Positions 9,763 through 18,967 of a stretch of 24,000 nt of DNA are shown here, one piece after another. A model generated the notes under the pieces. It was given only the letters and a program-made list of their open reading frames with translations. It ran no database searches and was not told where the DNA came from. The stretch is taken from assembly GCA_963728405.1 (NCBI GenBank), contig CAVSJV010000002.1, forward strand, positions 236,285 through 260,284. The letters are read 5' to 3'. The translations under genes and the position numbers were made by a program. Every line of letters starts with the position of its first letter. Position 1 is the first letter of the stretch. This DNA is from Methanomassiliicoccaceae archaeon. Lineage in GTDB: Archaea > Thermoplasmatota > Thermoplasmata > Methanomassiliicoccales > Methanomassiliicoccaceae.

Positions 9763-9849
9763 TGGTGCAGGGGAAGGGATTTGAACCCTTGGACCACTAA
9801 GGATAGGATCCTAAGTCCTACGCCGTTGGCCAAGCTTGGCTACCCCTGC
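9763..9849 (-). tRNA. tRNA-Leu (anticodon UAG), CCA encoded
   Basis: GCAGGGGTAGCCAAGCTTGGCCAACGGCGTAGGACTTAGGATCCTATCCTTAGTGGTCCAAGGGTTCAAATCCCTTCCCCTGCACCA. Acceptor GCAGGGG/CCCCTGC, anticodon arm TAGGA-CTTAGGA-TCCTA, class II variable arm, T arm AAGGG-TTCAAAT-CCCTT. Confidence 0.95.
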
Positions 9850-9876
9850 TTCTGGCCACCTAACGACTAATTATTC

Positions 9877-10330
9877 TTAATTCTTTTCCTCGATCCGGAC
9901 GGCCCGTTCCAGCTCCGACTGCAGATATTTCCTCATCACTTCCATGGCGTTCTCCCTGGACTGGGGATAGGATTTCACCTTGCCGCGTATGGCGATGACG
10001 TCCTCACCGTCGGCCATCTTGAACTGCCGGAGGAATGCTTCCTGCTTGCCCAACCTTAGGAAGAAGAACGATTCTTCGTCCAACCTACGGTCCAGGGAGT
10101 CCAGCAGCTGCGAAAGGTCCTCCCTGCTCAACGAACGGAACAATGCCTTGATACTCTTGGCATCGGTGACCTTCACCTCCATAACAATGATGGGGTTGCC
10201 ATGGTAGCCGGTGCTGCTGCTCTGCTTTATCTCCTCGGCCCCAGAAACGAACTTCAGAGCCTGCTCGACCCGGTTGGGGTCCTCGGTGGCGTGAGCGAAC
10301 TGTCCGGAAGGCCAGATTGGCGATGTCCAT
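9877..10330 (-). CDS. COG1325-type predicted RNA-binding/exosome-associated protein, apparent 1-nt frameshift near 10300
   Basis: ORF 9877..10182 begins internally. The same frame extends upstream as FAHATEDPNRVEQALKFVSGAEEIKQSSSTGYHGNPIIVMEVKVTDA without a start codon. The start MDIANLAFRT (ATG at 10328-10330) is one base out of frame; dropping the base at 10300 gives MDIANLAFRTFAHATED... Confidence 0.75.
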
Positions 10331-10470
10331 GTTCGTTGATATGTCGCAGGGATAATTATGTTTTTCCGCAGGCTAAAATTAATTCCATTAGTTTAAATAA
10401 TGCTGGCTCAACTTTTGAGGTTTCTTTGAGGACGGAGAGAAATGGGGAAGCAATACGAGGTCCGGGCAGT

Positions 10471-11022
10471 ATGATCGAGGTTCGATTCCATGGTAGGGGC
10501 GGACAGGGCGCTGTGATCGCCTCAGAGATATTGGCAAGGGCTGCGGTAAAGGAAGGCATGTACGCTTCGGCCTTCCCGTTCTTCGGGGTCGAGCGCCGTG
10601 GAGCCCCGGTCATGGCGTTCTGTCGTATCGATGACCGACCGATCCGCATACATGCAGGGATCTACGACCCCGACCATGTGGTCATCCTGGACCAGGGGCT
10701 GATCAAACTGGTCGATGTTCTCCAAGGGCATCGAAAGAACGGATCCATCGTGGTCAACACCGCAAAGACGCTCACCGAGCTTGGGCTGTCCCTCGACCGC
10801 CGCCAGGTTCTGGTCGATGCCACATCGATCGCGTTGCGCCGAGGATTGGGCAGCGAGACCGCCCCGATCGTCAATACCGCCATTCTGGGGGCGTTCGCCC
10901 GGGCCTGCTCCAAGGTCTCGATCGATGCGATTCTAGAAAGCATCAAGGAGTCGGTGCCAGCAAAGCCCGAACAGAACGTGGCAGCAGCTCAGGACGCCTA
11001 CCAACAATGGGAGTGGTTGTGA
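10471..11022 (+). CDS. 2-oxoacid (pyruvate/2-oxoisovalerate):ferredoxin oxidoreductase, gamma subunit
   Basis: MIEVRFHGRGGQGAVIASEILARAAVKEGMYASAFPFFGVERRGAPVMAF; ATG at 10471, in frame with the longer track ORF. Confidence 0.93.
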   Translation: MIEVRFHGRGGQGAVIASEILARAAVKEGMYASAFPFFGVERRGAPVMAFCRIDDRPIRIHAGIYDPDHVVILDQGLIKLVDVLQGHRKNGSIVVNTAKTLTELGLSLDRRQVLVDATSIALRRGLGSETAPIVNTAILGAFARACSKVSIDAILESIKESVPAKPEQNVAAAQDAYQQWEWL

Positions 11023-11058
11023 TGTTCAGGACAGTATCACGACCTGCCTTCCGTTCCG

Positions 11059-11298
11059 GTGACCTCTCAGAGCACCGAAGACGTTATTACCGGGACGTGG
11101 AGGACCATCCGGCCGGTACTGGATGGGGACAAGTGCATTCGTTGCTACATCTGCTGGAAGTACTGCCCCGACCTGAGCATCAAGGTCGAGGAGGAGGGCG
11201 CCTATCCAGAGATCGATTACGATCATTGCAAGGGCTGCGGCATCTGTTCGAACGAATGCCCCAAGGGAGCGATCCGAATGGAAAGGGAGCAGCTATGA
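11059..11298 (+). CDS. 2-oxoacid:ferredoxin oxidoreductase, delta (2x[4Fe-4S] ferredoxin) subunit
   Basis: Two CxxCxxCxxxCP-like clusters (CIRCYICWKYCP, CKGCGICSNECP); GTG start; stop overlaps the alpha start (ATGA). Confidence 0.92.
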   Translation: MTSQSTEDVITGTWRTIRPVLDGDKCIRCYICWKYCPDLSIKVEEEGAYPEIDYDHCKGCGICSNECPKGAIRMEREQL

Positions 11299-12476
11299 TC
11301 GACATGATGACCGCGAACTATGCCGCGGCCTACGCGGCCAAGCTCGCCAGGATTGACGTCGCCGCGGTATATCCCATCACCCCGCAGACATCTATATCAG
11401 AAAAACTGGCCGAGATGGTGCAAAAAGGGGAACTGGATGCCAAGTACATGCTCATGGAGAGCGAGCATTCCGCGATGTCGGCGCTCATTGGCGCGTCGTA
11501 CGTCGGCGCCAGGACCTTCACCGCCACCTCTTCGCAGGGTCTTGCGTTGATGCATGAAATGCTCATGTGGGCGGTGGGAGCGAGGACGCCGATCGTCATG
11601 CCGGTGGCCGCAAGGGCCATCGGGGGGCCTTGGAACATCTGGGGAGAGCATCAGGACGTCATCACCGAGCGGGACACCGGCTGGATGCAAATATTCTGTG
11701 AGAATAACCAGGAGGTCCTGGACACCGTGCTCATGGCCTATCGGGTGGCCGAGGACCGCCGGGTGATGCTGCCGGCGATGGTCATTGAGGATGGGTTCAT
11801 ACTGTCCCATACGGTCGATAGCGTCGATGTACCATCGCAGGAGGAAGTAGACCGGTACCTACCGCCATTCCGTCCCGAGTACCCCATCGATGTTGAACGA
11901 CCGATCCGTCATGGAGGGCTGGTCATGCCAGATTGGTGGACGGAGTTCCGTTATCGTATCTACCTCGACCAGGAGAATGCCCGCACCAAGATATTGGAGG
12001 CTGAGAAGGAGTTCCAGAAGGCCTTCGGCAGGAGCTACGGCGGCATGATGGAATACTACCAGTGCGACGATGCTGCCGTCATCCTGATCGTGGCCGGGTC
12101 GGCCGCCGGGACGGCCAAGGAGGTCGTCGACACGCTGAGGTCCCAGGGCAAGAGGGTCGGAGTGGCCAAGCTACGGGTCTTCCGCCCCTTCCCGACAGAG
12201 GAATTGCGTCTGCTGGCATCGATGTCCCATACTATTGGAGTATTTGATCGGAGCTATACCTTCGGGGACGGCGGTGCCATGTTCAACGAGGTCCGTTCCG
12301 CACTGCAGGGGCATGAGGTGATCATCAAGGATTATGTCGGAGGCCTGGGCGGCAGGGATGTGACAGTGAAGAACATTGAATGGATCTTCGAGGACCTGCT
12401 CAAGATATCGAAGGGCGGTAGGGTTGACCGCCCCATAGAATGGGTCGGGTTGAAGGACGGGACCGGGAGGTGGTAG
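11295..12476 (+). CDS. 2-oxoacid:ferredoxin oxidoreductase, alpha subunit
   Basis: MIDMMTANYAAAYAAKLARIDVAAVYPITPQTSISEKLAEMV...MESEHSAMSALIGASYVGARTFTATSSQGLALM. True start is internal to track ORF 11007..12476. Confidence 0.93.
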   Translation: MIDMMTANYAAAYAAKLARIDVAAVYPITPQTSISEKLAEMVQKGELDAKYMLMESEHSAMSALIGASYVGARTFTATSSQGLALMHEMLMWAVGARTPIVMPVAARAIGGPWNIWGEHQDVITERDTGWMQIFCENNQEVLDTVLMAYRVAEDRRVMLPAMVIEDGFILSHTVDSVDVPSQEEVDRYLPPFRPEYPIDVERPIRHGGLVMPDWWTEFRYRIYLDQENARTKILEAEKEFQKAFGRSYGGMMEYYQCDDAAVILIVAGSAAGTAKEVVDTLRSQGKRVGVAKLRVFRPFPTEELRLLASMSHTIGVFDRSYTFGDGGAMFNEVRSALQGHEVIIKDYVGGLGGRDVTVKNIEWIFEDLLKISKGGRVDRPIEWVGLKDGTGRW

Positions 12477-12477
12477 G

Positions 12478-13395
12478 ATGGACGATGATGCAGCACAGAG
12501 GAACTTTAAGTTCACTATCCCGAAGGAAGAGCTGATGGCGCCAGGACACAGTGGATGCCCCGGTTGCGGTGAGCCTTTGGCCCTACGCTACCTCCTCAAG
12601 GCCCTGGGGCCAAGAACGATCGTCAATGTGCCGGCAGGGTGTTGTGCGGTCATACCGGGCGTATGGCCACGCTACTCGCTCAAAGTGCCCTTGGTCGACC
12701 ATGCCTTCGAGTGCACCGCGGCCGTGTCGTCAGGAATCAAGGCCGCGCTGGAGCAGAAAGGCCTTGATGACATCACGGTGGTGGGATGGGCCGGGGACGG
12801 GGGGACTGTCGATATCGGTCTGCAATCCCTGTCCGGGGCGGTCGACCGCCAGACCGATTTTCTCTACGTCATGTACGACAACGAGGCGTACATGAACACT
12901 GGTATCCAGTGCAGCGGCTCAACGCCCTGCGGAGCGTGGACCACCACCACCCCGGGAGGAAAGGGCATCGACCAGCGTCAGGGAAAGAAGCGTATCATGG
13001 ATATGCTGATCGCCAATGGTATCGCCTACGGCGCGACAGTGAACGTGGCCTACCCGGAGAACTTCATCGAGACGGTCCGTCAGGCCAAGGCGATAAAGGG
13101 TCCGAAGTTCATTCATGCATACTCTCCGTGCCCCTCGGGCTGGAGGATGGACCCCCGACGATCGATCGAGGTCTCTCGCCTGGCCACTCAGACCGGGGTC
13201 TTTCCATTATACGAATATCGTGATGGGGTCCACAGATTCACCAAAGAGATTAAGAAGAGGAAGCCGGTTGAAGAATATCTTCGCCTCCAGGGGCGGTTCA
13301 GGCATCTGACCCCCGCTGACGTGGCCGAGGTCCAAAAGCTCATCGACCTTGAGGGTGAGGAGCTGGAGGCCAAGGTGAGGGCGAGTAGAAGGTGA
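12478..13395 (+). CDS. 2-oxoacid:ferredoxin oxidoreductase, beta (TPP-binding) subunit
   Basis: APGHSGCPGCGEPLALRYLLKALGP and VVGWAGDGGTVDIGLQSLSGA...YDNEAYMNTGIQCSGSTPCGAWTT. Confidence 0.95.
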   Translation: MDDDAAQRNFKFTIPKEELMAPGHSGCPGCGEPLALRYLLKALGPRTIVNVPAGCCAVIPGVWPRYSLKVPLVDHAFECTAAVSSGIKAALEQKGLDDITVVGWAGDGGTVDIGLQSLSGAVDRQTDFLYVMYDNEAYMNTGIQCSGSTPCGAWTTTTPGGKGIDQRQGKKRIMDMLIANGIAYGATVNVAYPENFIETVRQAKAIKGPKFIHAYSPCPSGWRMDPRRSIEVSRLATQTGVFPLYEYRDGVHRFTKEIKKRKPVEEYLRLQGRFRHLTPADVAEVQKLIDLEGEELEAKVRASRR

Positions 13396-13399
13396 CCGG

Positions 13400-15215
13400 T
13401 TGGACAAGTTGTTGGCGGATAGCGGCAGGCTCCTATTACTGGGTAATGAGGCGATCGCAAGAGGTCTGATCGAGGCCGGAGTGGGCCTGGCGGCCACCTA
13501 TCCGGGGACGCCGTCCTCGGAAGTGGGCGGTATCCTGGAGGACATAGCCTCTCAGGCCGGCATGTACTTCGAGTACTCCACCAACGAAAAGGTGGCCATG
13601 GAAGTGGCCGGTGCCGCGGCCGCATCGGGCGTTCGCTCCTTTGCCTTTATGAAGCATGTCGGATTGAACGTCGCCAGCGATGCGTTCATGACCTTATCCT
13701 ACACCGGGGTTCGGGCCGGCATGGTGATCATGTCCGCCGACGATCCCTCCTGTCACTCGTCCCAGAACGAGCAGGACAATCGGTTCTACGCCAAGCTTGG
13801 CCTATTCCCCATGGTGGAGCCCTCCACCCCTACCGAAGCAAGGGACATGCTAGTGGAGGCCTTCCGGATCTCTGAGCTCCTGGGAACCCCTGTCCTATTC
13901 CGAACGACCACCCGTGTGAACCATGCCCGGGGGGTGGTGGACCTGAACAAGGCGCCCGCTCCGCTGCGAAAGGGCAAGTTCGAAAAGGACCCTCAGCGTT
14001 TTGTCACTGTACCCGCGCATGCCAGGCTGGGCCGTATCGAGCAGCTGAAGCGGATGGAGCGTGCACTGAAACTGTCTGAGGGCTCACCCCTGAACTTCAT
14101 AGTGGGCAGCTCGCGGGTGGGGGTGATCACCAGTGGGGTCACCTATACCTATGCAAGGGAGTGGCTCGAGGACTGTGGAGATCCTCAAGCTGGGCTTCAC
14201 CAATCCAGTGCCTGAAGAAAAGATCCGCAAGTTCCTCGAGGGCAAACAGCGCGTGGTCGTCCTGGAGGAACTGGAGCCCTACCTGGAGGACGAGGTACGG
14301 CGCATCGCCCAGCAGAGCAATATTGCGGTGGAGATCCTCGGCAAGAGGACCGGGCATCTGCCCCGGGCGTTCGAATACTCTCCGGACCTCATACTCGGCC
14401 TGGGCTCGATCCTGAAGGTAACGCCGGAGAAGGAGCCCTTGCCCGCGGCCACGCTCAAGTTACCGTCCCGACCGCCGGTGCTGTGCGCCGGGTGCCCCCA
14501 CCGGGCCACATATTATGCGGTAAAGAAGGCGGTCGGTAAGGAGGGGGCGATCTACTCCACCGATATCGGCTGCTATACTCTGGGCGTCCAGCAACCTATG
14601 CAGTGCGCCGACTTTGTCCTGTGCATGGGCTCATCGGTCGGAGCGGCCGGGGGATTCTCGGAGGCCACGGAGCAGAAGGTTGTCGCTTTCATCGGCGACT
14701 CGACCTTCTTCCATGGCGGCATTCCCGGGCTGATCAATGCGGCATACAACAAACACAACTATACCCTGGTCATCCTCGACAACCGCACCACCGCCATGAC
14801 TGGCCATCAGCCCAACCCTGGCATCGGCAGGGAGTATGGCGGCGTGGAGTCCCCCGGCCTAAAGATCGAGCCACTGGTCCGCGCCTGCGGCGTGGAGTTC
14901 GTCCGTACCGTCGATCCGTATGACATCAAAGCCGCTGTGCAGGTGATGAAGGAGGCGGTCGATCATGATGGGCTTTCGGTGGTCATCTCCGAGCATGCCT
15001 GCCCGCTTTTGAAGAAGAAGGAAGGAAAGCTGGCCCCCAGCATCTACAAGATCGATCAGAAGAAATGCGTTCGCTGCTATACCTGCGTTTCCAAGTTCTC
15101 CTGCCCCGCCCTGAGCAAGGACGAAGGGGTGGTGAGCATCGACCTATCGCTGTGCATCGGATGCGGAGGCTGTGCGCAGGTGTGTCCCAAGCAAGCTATA
15201 GAGGTGGTCCAGTGA
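13400..15215 (+). CDS. iorA: indolepyruvate ferredoxin oxidoreductase alpha subunit, split by an apparent 1-nt frameshift near 14170
   Basis: ORFs 13400..14215 (YPGTPSSEVGGILEDIA, TTRVNHARG) and 14133..15215 (CAGCPHRATYYAVKKA, GCYTLG, C-terminal ferredoxin clusters). Removing one G of GG at 14170-14171 joins them as ...TYTYAREWLETVEILKLGFTNPVPEE. TTG start. Confidence 0.9.
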
Positions 15216-15817
15216 AGTATAACATTCAATTGGTGGGCGTGGGCGGTCAGGGTGTGCTCCTGGCGTCCACGGTGCTCGGCAATGCCGCGGTGGCGGAAGG
15301 TCTTGAGGTGGCGATGTCCGAGGTGCACGGTATGGCCCAGCGGGGTGGCAGCGTGCTGTGCTCGGTGCGGATGGGCCAGGGCATATTCAGCCCCCTGATA
15401 CCCAAGGGCGGGGCGGACCTTCTGCTCGGTTTCGAACCAGTGGAGACCTGCCGCGCACTGACCACGGTCAACAAGTCAAGCTGCATCGTCACCAATCTGA
15501 CCCCGATCGTTCCTATCACTGTATCGGCGGGACAGGAGACCTACCCGAAGGTCGAGGAGATCCTTGGGGCGTTGAGATCGGTCAGTGAAAATGTCATCGC
15601 CATCGACGCCACGGCCAAGGCGATCGAGGCCGGGCGGGCCATCACCGCCAACTCGGTGCTCATCGGCACTATCTCCGCGGTCAAGGGCTTCCCACTGTCC
15701 AAGGAGAGGATGCTCAACACCTTGCTCGAGGTAGTGCCGGCTAAGGCCCGGGACATCAACATGAGGGCATTCGAACTGGGTTACCGGGCGGTCACGGGTT
15801 CCCCAGTTCCTGATTGA
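15212..15817 (+). CDS. iorB: indolepyruvate ferredoxin oxidoreductase beta subunit
   Basis: GTG start overlapping the iorA stop; KYNIQLVGVGGQGVLLASTVLGNAAVAEGLEVAMSEVHGMAQRGGSVLCSVRMG. Confidence 0.93.
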   Translation: MKYNIQLVGVGGQGVLLASTVLGNAAVAEGLEVAMSEVHGMAQRGGSVLCSVRMGQGIFSPLIPKGGADLLLGFEPVETCRALTTVNKSSCIVTNLTPIVPITVSAGQETYPKVEEILGALRSVSENVIAIDATAKAIEAGRAITANSVLIGTISAVKGFPLSKERMLNTLLEVVPAKARDINMRAFELGYRAVTGSPVPD

Positions 15818-15850
15818 TCGATCCTAAAACCTCTCGGATCGTACATGGGC

Positions 15851-16950
15851 CTAGGCGATCGGAGCTATCAGCTGCTTCCCGTAGCCGATCAGCACCTTAC
15901 CGTAACCTCGAAGCTCTTCGTCCAGCTCACCGCTTCCGGTGTCGACGTGCAGCGTTTTGGTCTCCTGCATCTTGAACGGGGTGGCGAGGATGACGATATT
16001 GCGGATCCCGATTTTCTCAATGACCCGGGGCGATATCTGCTGATTCCCTCGCCCGAAGATGAATCCCTGGGCACCGATAGGCGAGACGACGATCCTTGCT
16101 TCCTGGTAGACGTTCAGCGCGAATAGGATGGCCTCCTCGTCCATGTCCTTGCCGATGAGGTGGCCGTCCACCACGAGGTCGACCCCCAGCAGTGTTTTGG
16201 CGATCCCGAGCTTCTTGCCTACCGCCTCGATGGTAGTTCCAGGGCCGAGGACATATAGCATCCCCGGATGCATGTGCTCGACGAAGTAGGTGGCGATCGC
16301 CTCCTTATGATCGTCCTCAGAACCGCCGCCCAGGGCCATCTTGAACGGCTGCATCAACTTCGGCTCCTCCGGAGTTAGCATATAGCCGTACAGGGACGCG
16401 CTTATCCTCCCTTGCCGGACCTCCTCCTCATCGATGTCCATGACCTCGGTGCGTTGCGACGGCAGATCCTCGACCCTACTCGTTTCAGAAGTATGCCAGC
16501 GTCGTGGGGCGTGTTAGCGAAGACCCCTGAATGCATCTTGACCCCGGATGGGATCCCGATGACCGGTACCTGCTCATCGACCGCGTCCATTACGTCGCGG
16601 GCAGTACCGTCCCCACCGGTGAACAACAGAATATCGATCCCCGCCTCGAGCAGCGCAGCGCAGGCACCTCTAGTGTCCCGATCGGAGGTGTTCTCGGGGG
16701 TAGCGTAGACAACTGTAACCTTATCGGTCCTGGTCCGTAGGACGTCCTCCCCCATCACACCCCCAGCGGTGAAGAACTCGTAGCCCTCCAGGTCGCCGGC
16801 GGCTTGGAGGGCCATTAACGCTCGCCCCTGTGCGATAGGCCGGGCGCCCCGTTTGGCCGCTTCTTCCAGTATGGCGGGTGTGTCCGTCCCCTTCAACCCG
16901 ACCGCTCCGCCCATGCCTGAGATGGGATTGATGATCAGCCCAACGCGCAC
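15851..16950 (-). CDS. COG3199-type ATP-NAD kinase family protein, apparent 1-nt frameshift near 16480
   Basis: MRVGLIINPISGMGGAVGLKGTD...ILLFTGGDGTARDVMDAV..PVIGIPSGVKMHSGVFANTPHDAG, continuing in the next frame as SRVEDLPSQRTEVMDIDEEEVRQGRISASLYGYM... Confidence 0.85.
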
Positions 16951-17044
16951 GGCGATATAATGGATGGGCCGATAATAAAACAGTTGGAAAACTAGGGAAG
17001 TGGAGGGGGGCGGGGGGTCTTGCCTCCGCGCCCTTTCCCTCTTT

Positions 17045-17849
17045 TTATCTGGAAAGCAGTTCGGGGTTCACCGTGGCGGTGAATGACAGGTTTACAGCCT
17101 CTGGAACGGTGCTAGCTGTGATCAGCTCCGCGACCGGCTGGGCCATCTGCTGGGAAATGATCTCGACCGTCGGCCTTGTGCCTGAAGTAGGCCTCGACCT
17201 CCTCCCGGATCGGAGAAACAACCTCTTCAGTGATCTGGTGGGTCATGGAATCGATGATATGATTGATCGATCGTTCCATGATGGCGAAGCTCTCGTTGAT
17301 TGGAGTATCCCCGGCCAGCTGGAGCAGGCGGTCGTTTTCGAGGACGATGGTGTTCTCGGCAACGTTCCTAAGTTTCTTGATCCCTTCCTTGGCGGTGTCC
17401 TGCCTTCCCCTTTCGTAGGAGAATGGGTTGATAGCGATAGCGAAGGTTACGGCGTTCATTCCCTTGGCGACCTCGGCCACCACGGGCGCAGCGCCGGTCC
17501 CGGTCCCGCCGCCCATCCCGGCGACGACGATGACGATGTCACTTCCTCGGAGAACGCTCTCCAGAGCCGATCTGGCCATGTCTGCGCAGTGCTCTCCCAC
17601 CTCAGGGAAGCCCCCAGCTCCCTGGCCGTGGGTAACATCCTTGCCGATGAGGATCTTCTTATGCGCATCAATCTTCTCCAGTTTGCTCTCGTCGGTGTTG
17701 ACCGCTATGGTCTCCACCCTCTTGTTGCTCCAGTAGATGCTGTTGACGACGTTGTTACCGGCGCCGCCGCATCCCACCACGGAGATCCTCGGCTCTATGA
17801 GACCCTTGCTCAGGGTGGCCACGATCTGTTCGCTCTTGGTTTGCATCAT
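17045..17849 (-). CDS. FtsZ-like GTPase lacking the T7 loop and C-terminal domain; possible frameshift near 17170
   Basis: MMQTKSEQIVATLSKG..RISVVGCGGAGNNVVNSIYW..IAVNTD..VAGMGGGTGTGAAPVVAE..NDRLLQLAGDTPINESFAIMERSINHIIDSMTHQITEEVV. The track ORF stops at 17112; an alternative frame runs open to 17045. A start at 17915 (MHGFV...) is also possible. Confidence 0.8.
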
Positions 17850-17961
17850 CCCCACTTCCCTTACTGCCTGTCCAGCAGGTGAGCTGAACGGTCCTGTTGA
17901 TACAAAACCGTGCATCCCATCCCTCTACAGATCATATCCCTTCTAGATCTGCCGAGCCGCC

Positions 17962-18345
17962 CTAATCTGGTAACACCTGCACCGTGGTCTTGATAGCCTC
18001 AAGTTTTGCCCGCTTGATTGTATCAAGAGTTTCCTCAGTATGGATGTACCTCTTCCTTATGCACTCCACCACCGCGTCCTCGGGGGAATTATACATCCCT
18101 GCCCGAACCGAGTCCATAATGGTCTCATGCGCCAGCCGGGGGATCTCTACCGTTATCATGTTCTTCTTGACCGGATGCTTCGTGGTCCCGGTCGTGCGAT
18201 CCCCTTCCAGCTGTTCGATGAACGTTCGAATGGCCACCCTAGCAAAATTGGAACGGTTTGAGTATTCCGGATGCTTTTCGATAAAAGCATCGAGGAGCTC
18301 GAGGTCCTCAGGTTCCAACCGTAGTGATATCCTTTCTCCGTCCAT
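17962..18345 (-). CDS. tandem ribbon-helix-helix (CopG/CdrS-like) DNA-binding regulator
   Basis: N-terminal ERISLRLEPEDLELLDAFIEKHPEYSNRSNFARVAIRTFIEQ and C-terminal MITVEIPRLAHETIMDSVRAGMYNSPEDAVVECIRKRYI, each resembling an RHH unit. Confidence 0.8.
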   Translation of the reverse strand: MDGERISLRLEPEDLELLDAFIEKHPEYSNRSNFARVAIRTFIEQLEGDRTTGTTKHPVKKNMITVEIPRLAHETIMDSVRAGMYNSPEDAVVECIRKRYIHTEETLDTIKRAKLEAIKTTVQVLPD

Positions 18346-18382
18346 TCTCAGCTCTCCTGCGATTTCAGGACATATTTAGGAA

Positions 18383-18430
18383 TGTCATACAAAGTATATA
18401 AAAATATGTCATCTGTCATATATTGTCATA
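18383..18430. promoter_or_regulatory. iterated TGTCATA boxes around a TATA-like element upstream of the RHH gene
   Basis: TGTCATA at 18383-18389, TGTCATC at 18407-18413, TGTCATA at 18414-18420 and 18424-18430; minus-strand TTTATATAC at about 18393-18401. Confidence 0.6.
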
Positions 18431-18967
18431 TCTATTTTGATACTATGGAAAGGCGACTGGCCAGATATAACATTCTAAACTAATAATTGTTGGTCAGATA
18501 TGGTCCATTTAATTTCACTCGACGCGGGGTGTCATACCCGTGCGACGGGGGTGGGACGCCGTGGGCACGGGGTCAGGGATGCAGGATATTGAAGTTAAGG
18601 GGGCCTCATGTGGAGCAAGCGGCCAATCTTTTACCAAATCCCTTATACTCTTCATCAATCAACCAACAAAATCGTAAACCTATTCCTATCCATTTTTATC
18701 ATTCACTTCGGGACGCTCAACCGAGGCCGCTCGAATATGACCTTCTGGCCGCAGCTCTCACACTTATTATCGATCTGTATCAGGTCCCGATCGAACCTAA
18801 CCTTTTGTAGAAGATTGCAGGATGGGAAAGGAACGGTCTTGCGAACGGATCGGCCGTAATATTCCATGGATCATGGAAGCCTCCCTAGAACATAAGCGGC
18901 TGACGGGGAGAGGTGGCCGGATACCGATATTCAGAGTTAATGAAATGAAAAAAGGAAAAGTATTGGG

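Noticed and set aside
10201-10470. N-terminal extension of the gamma subunit in the ORF track
   Set aside because: It overlaps the minus-strand COG1325-like gene and the intergenic promoter; the conserved sequence begins at MIEVRFHGRGGQG (10471).
11007-11294. N-terminal extension of the alpha subunit in the ORF track
   Set aside because: It overlaps the delta ferredoxin gene in another frame; the family-like start MIDMMTANYAAAYAAKLARIDVAAVYPITP begins at 11295.
13188-13625. Minus-strand ORFs opposite the beta and iorA genes
   Set aside because: Arg/Pro/Ser-rich shadow ORFs over confident coding sequence.
17073-17882. 269-aa plus-strand ORF opposite the FtsZ-like gene
   Set aside because: It is an antisense open frame in high-GC coding DNA; the minus strand has clear tubulin/FtsZ motifs.
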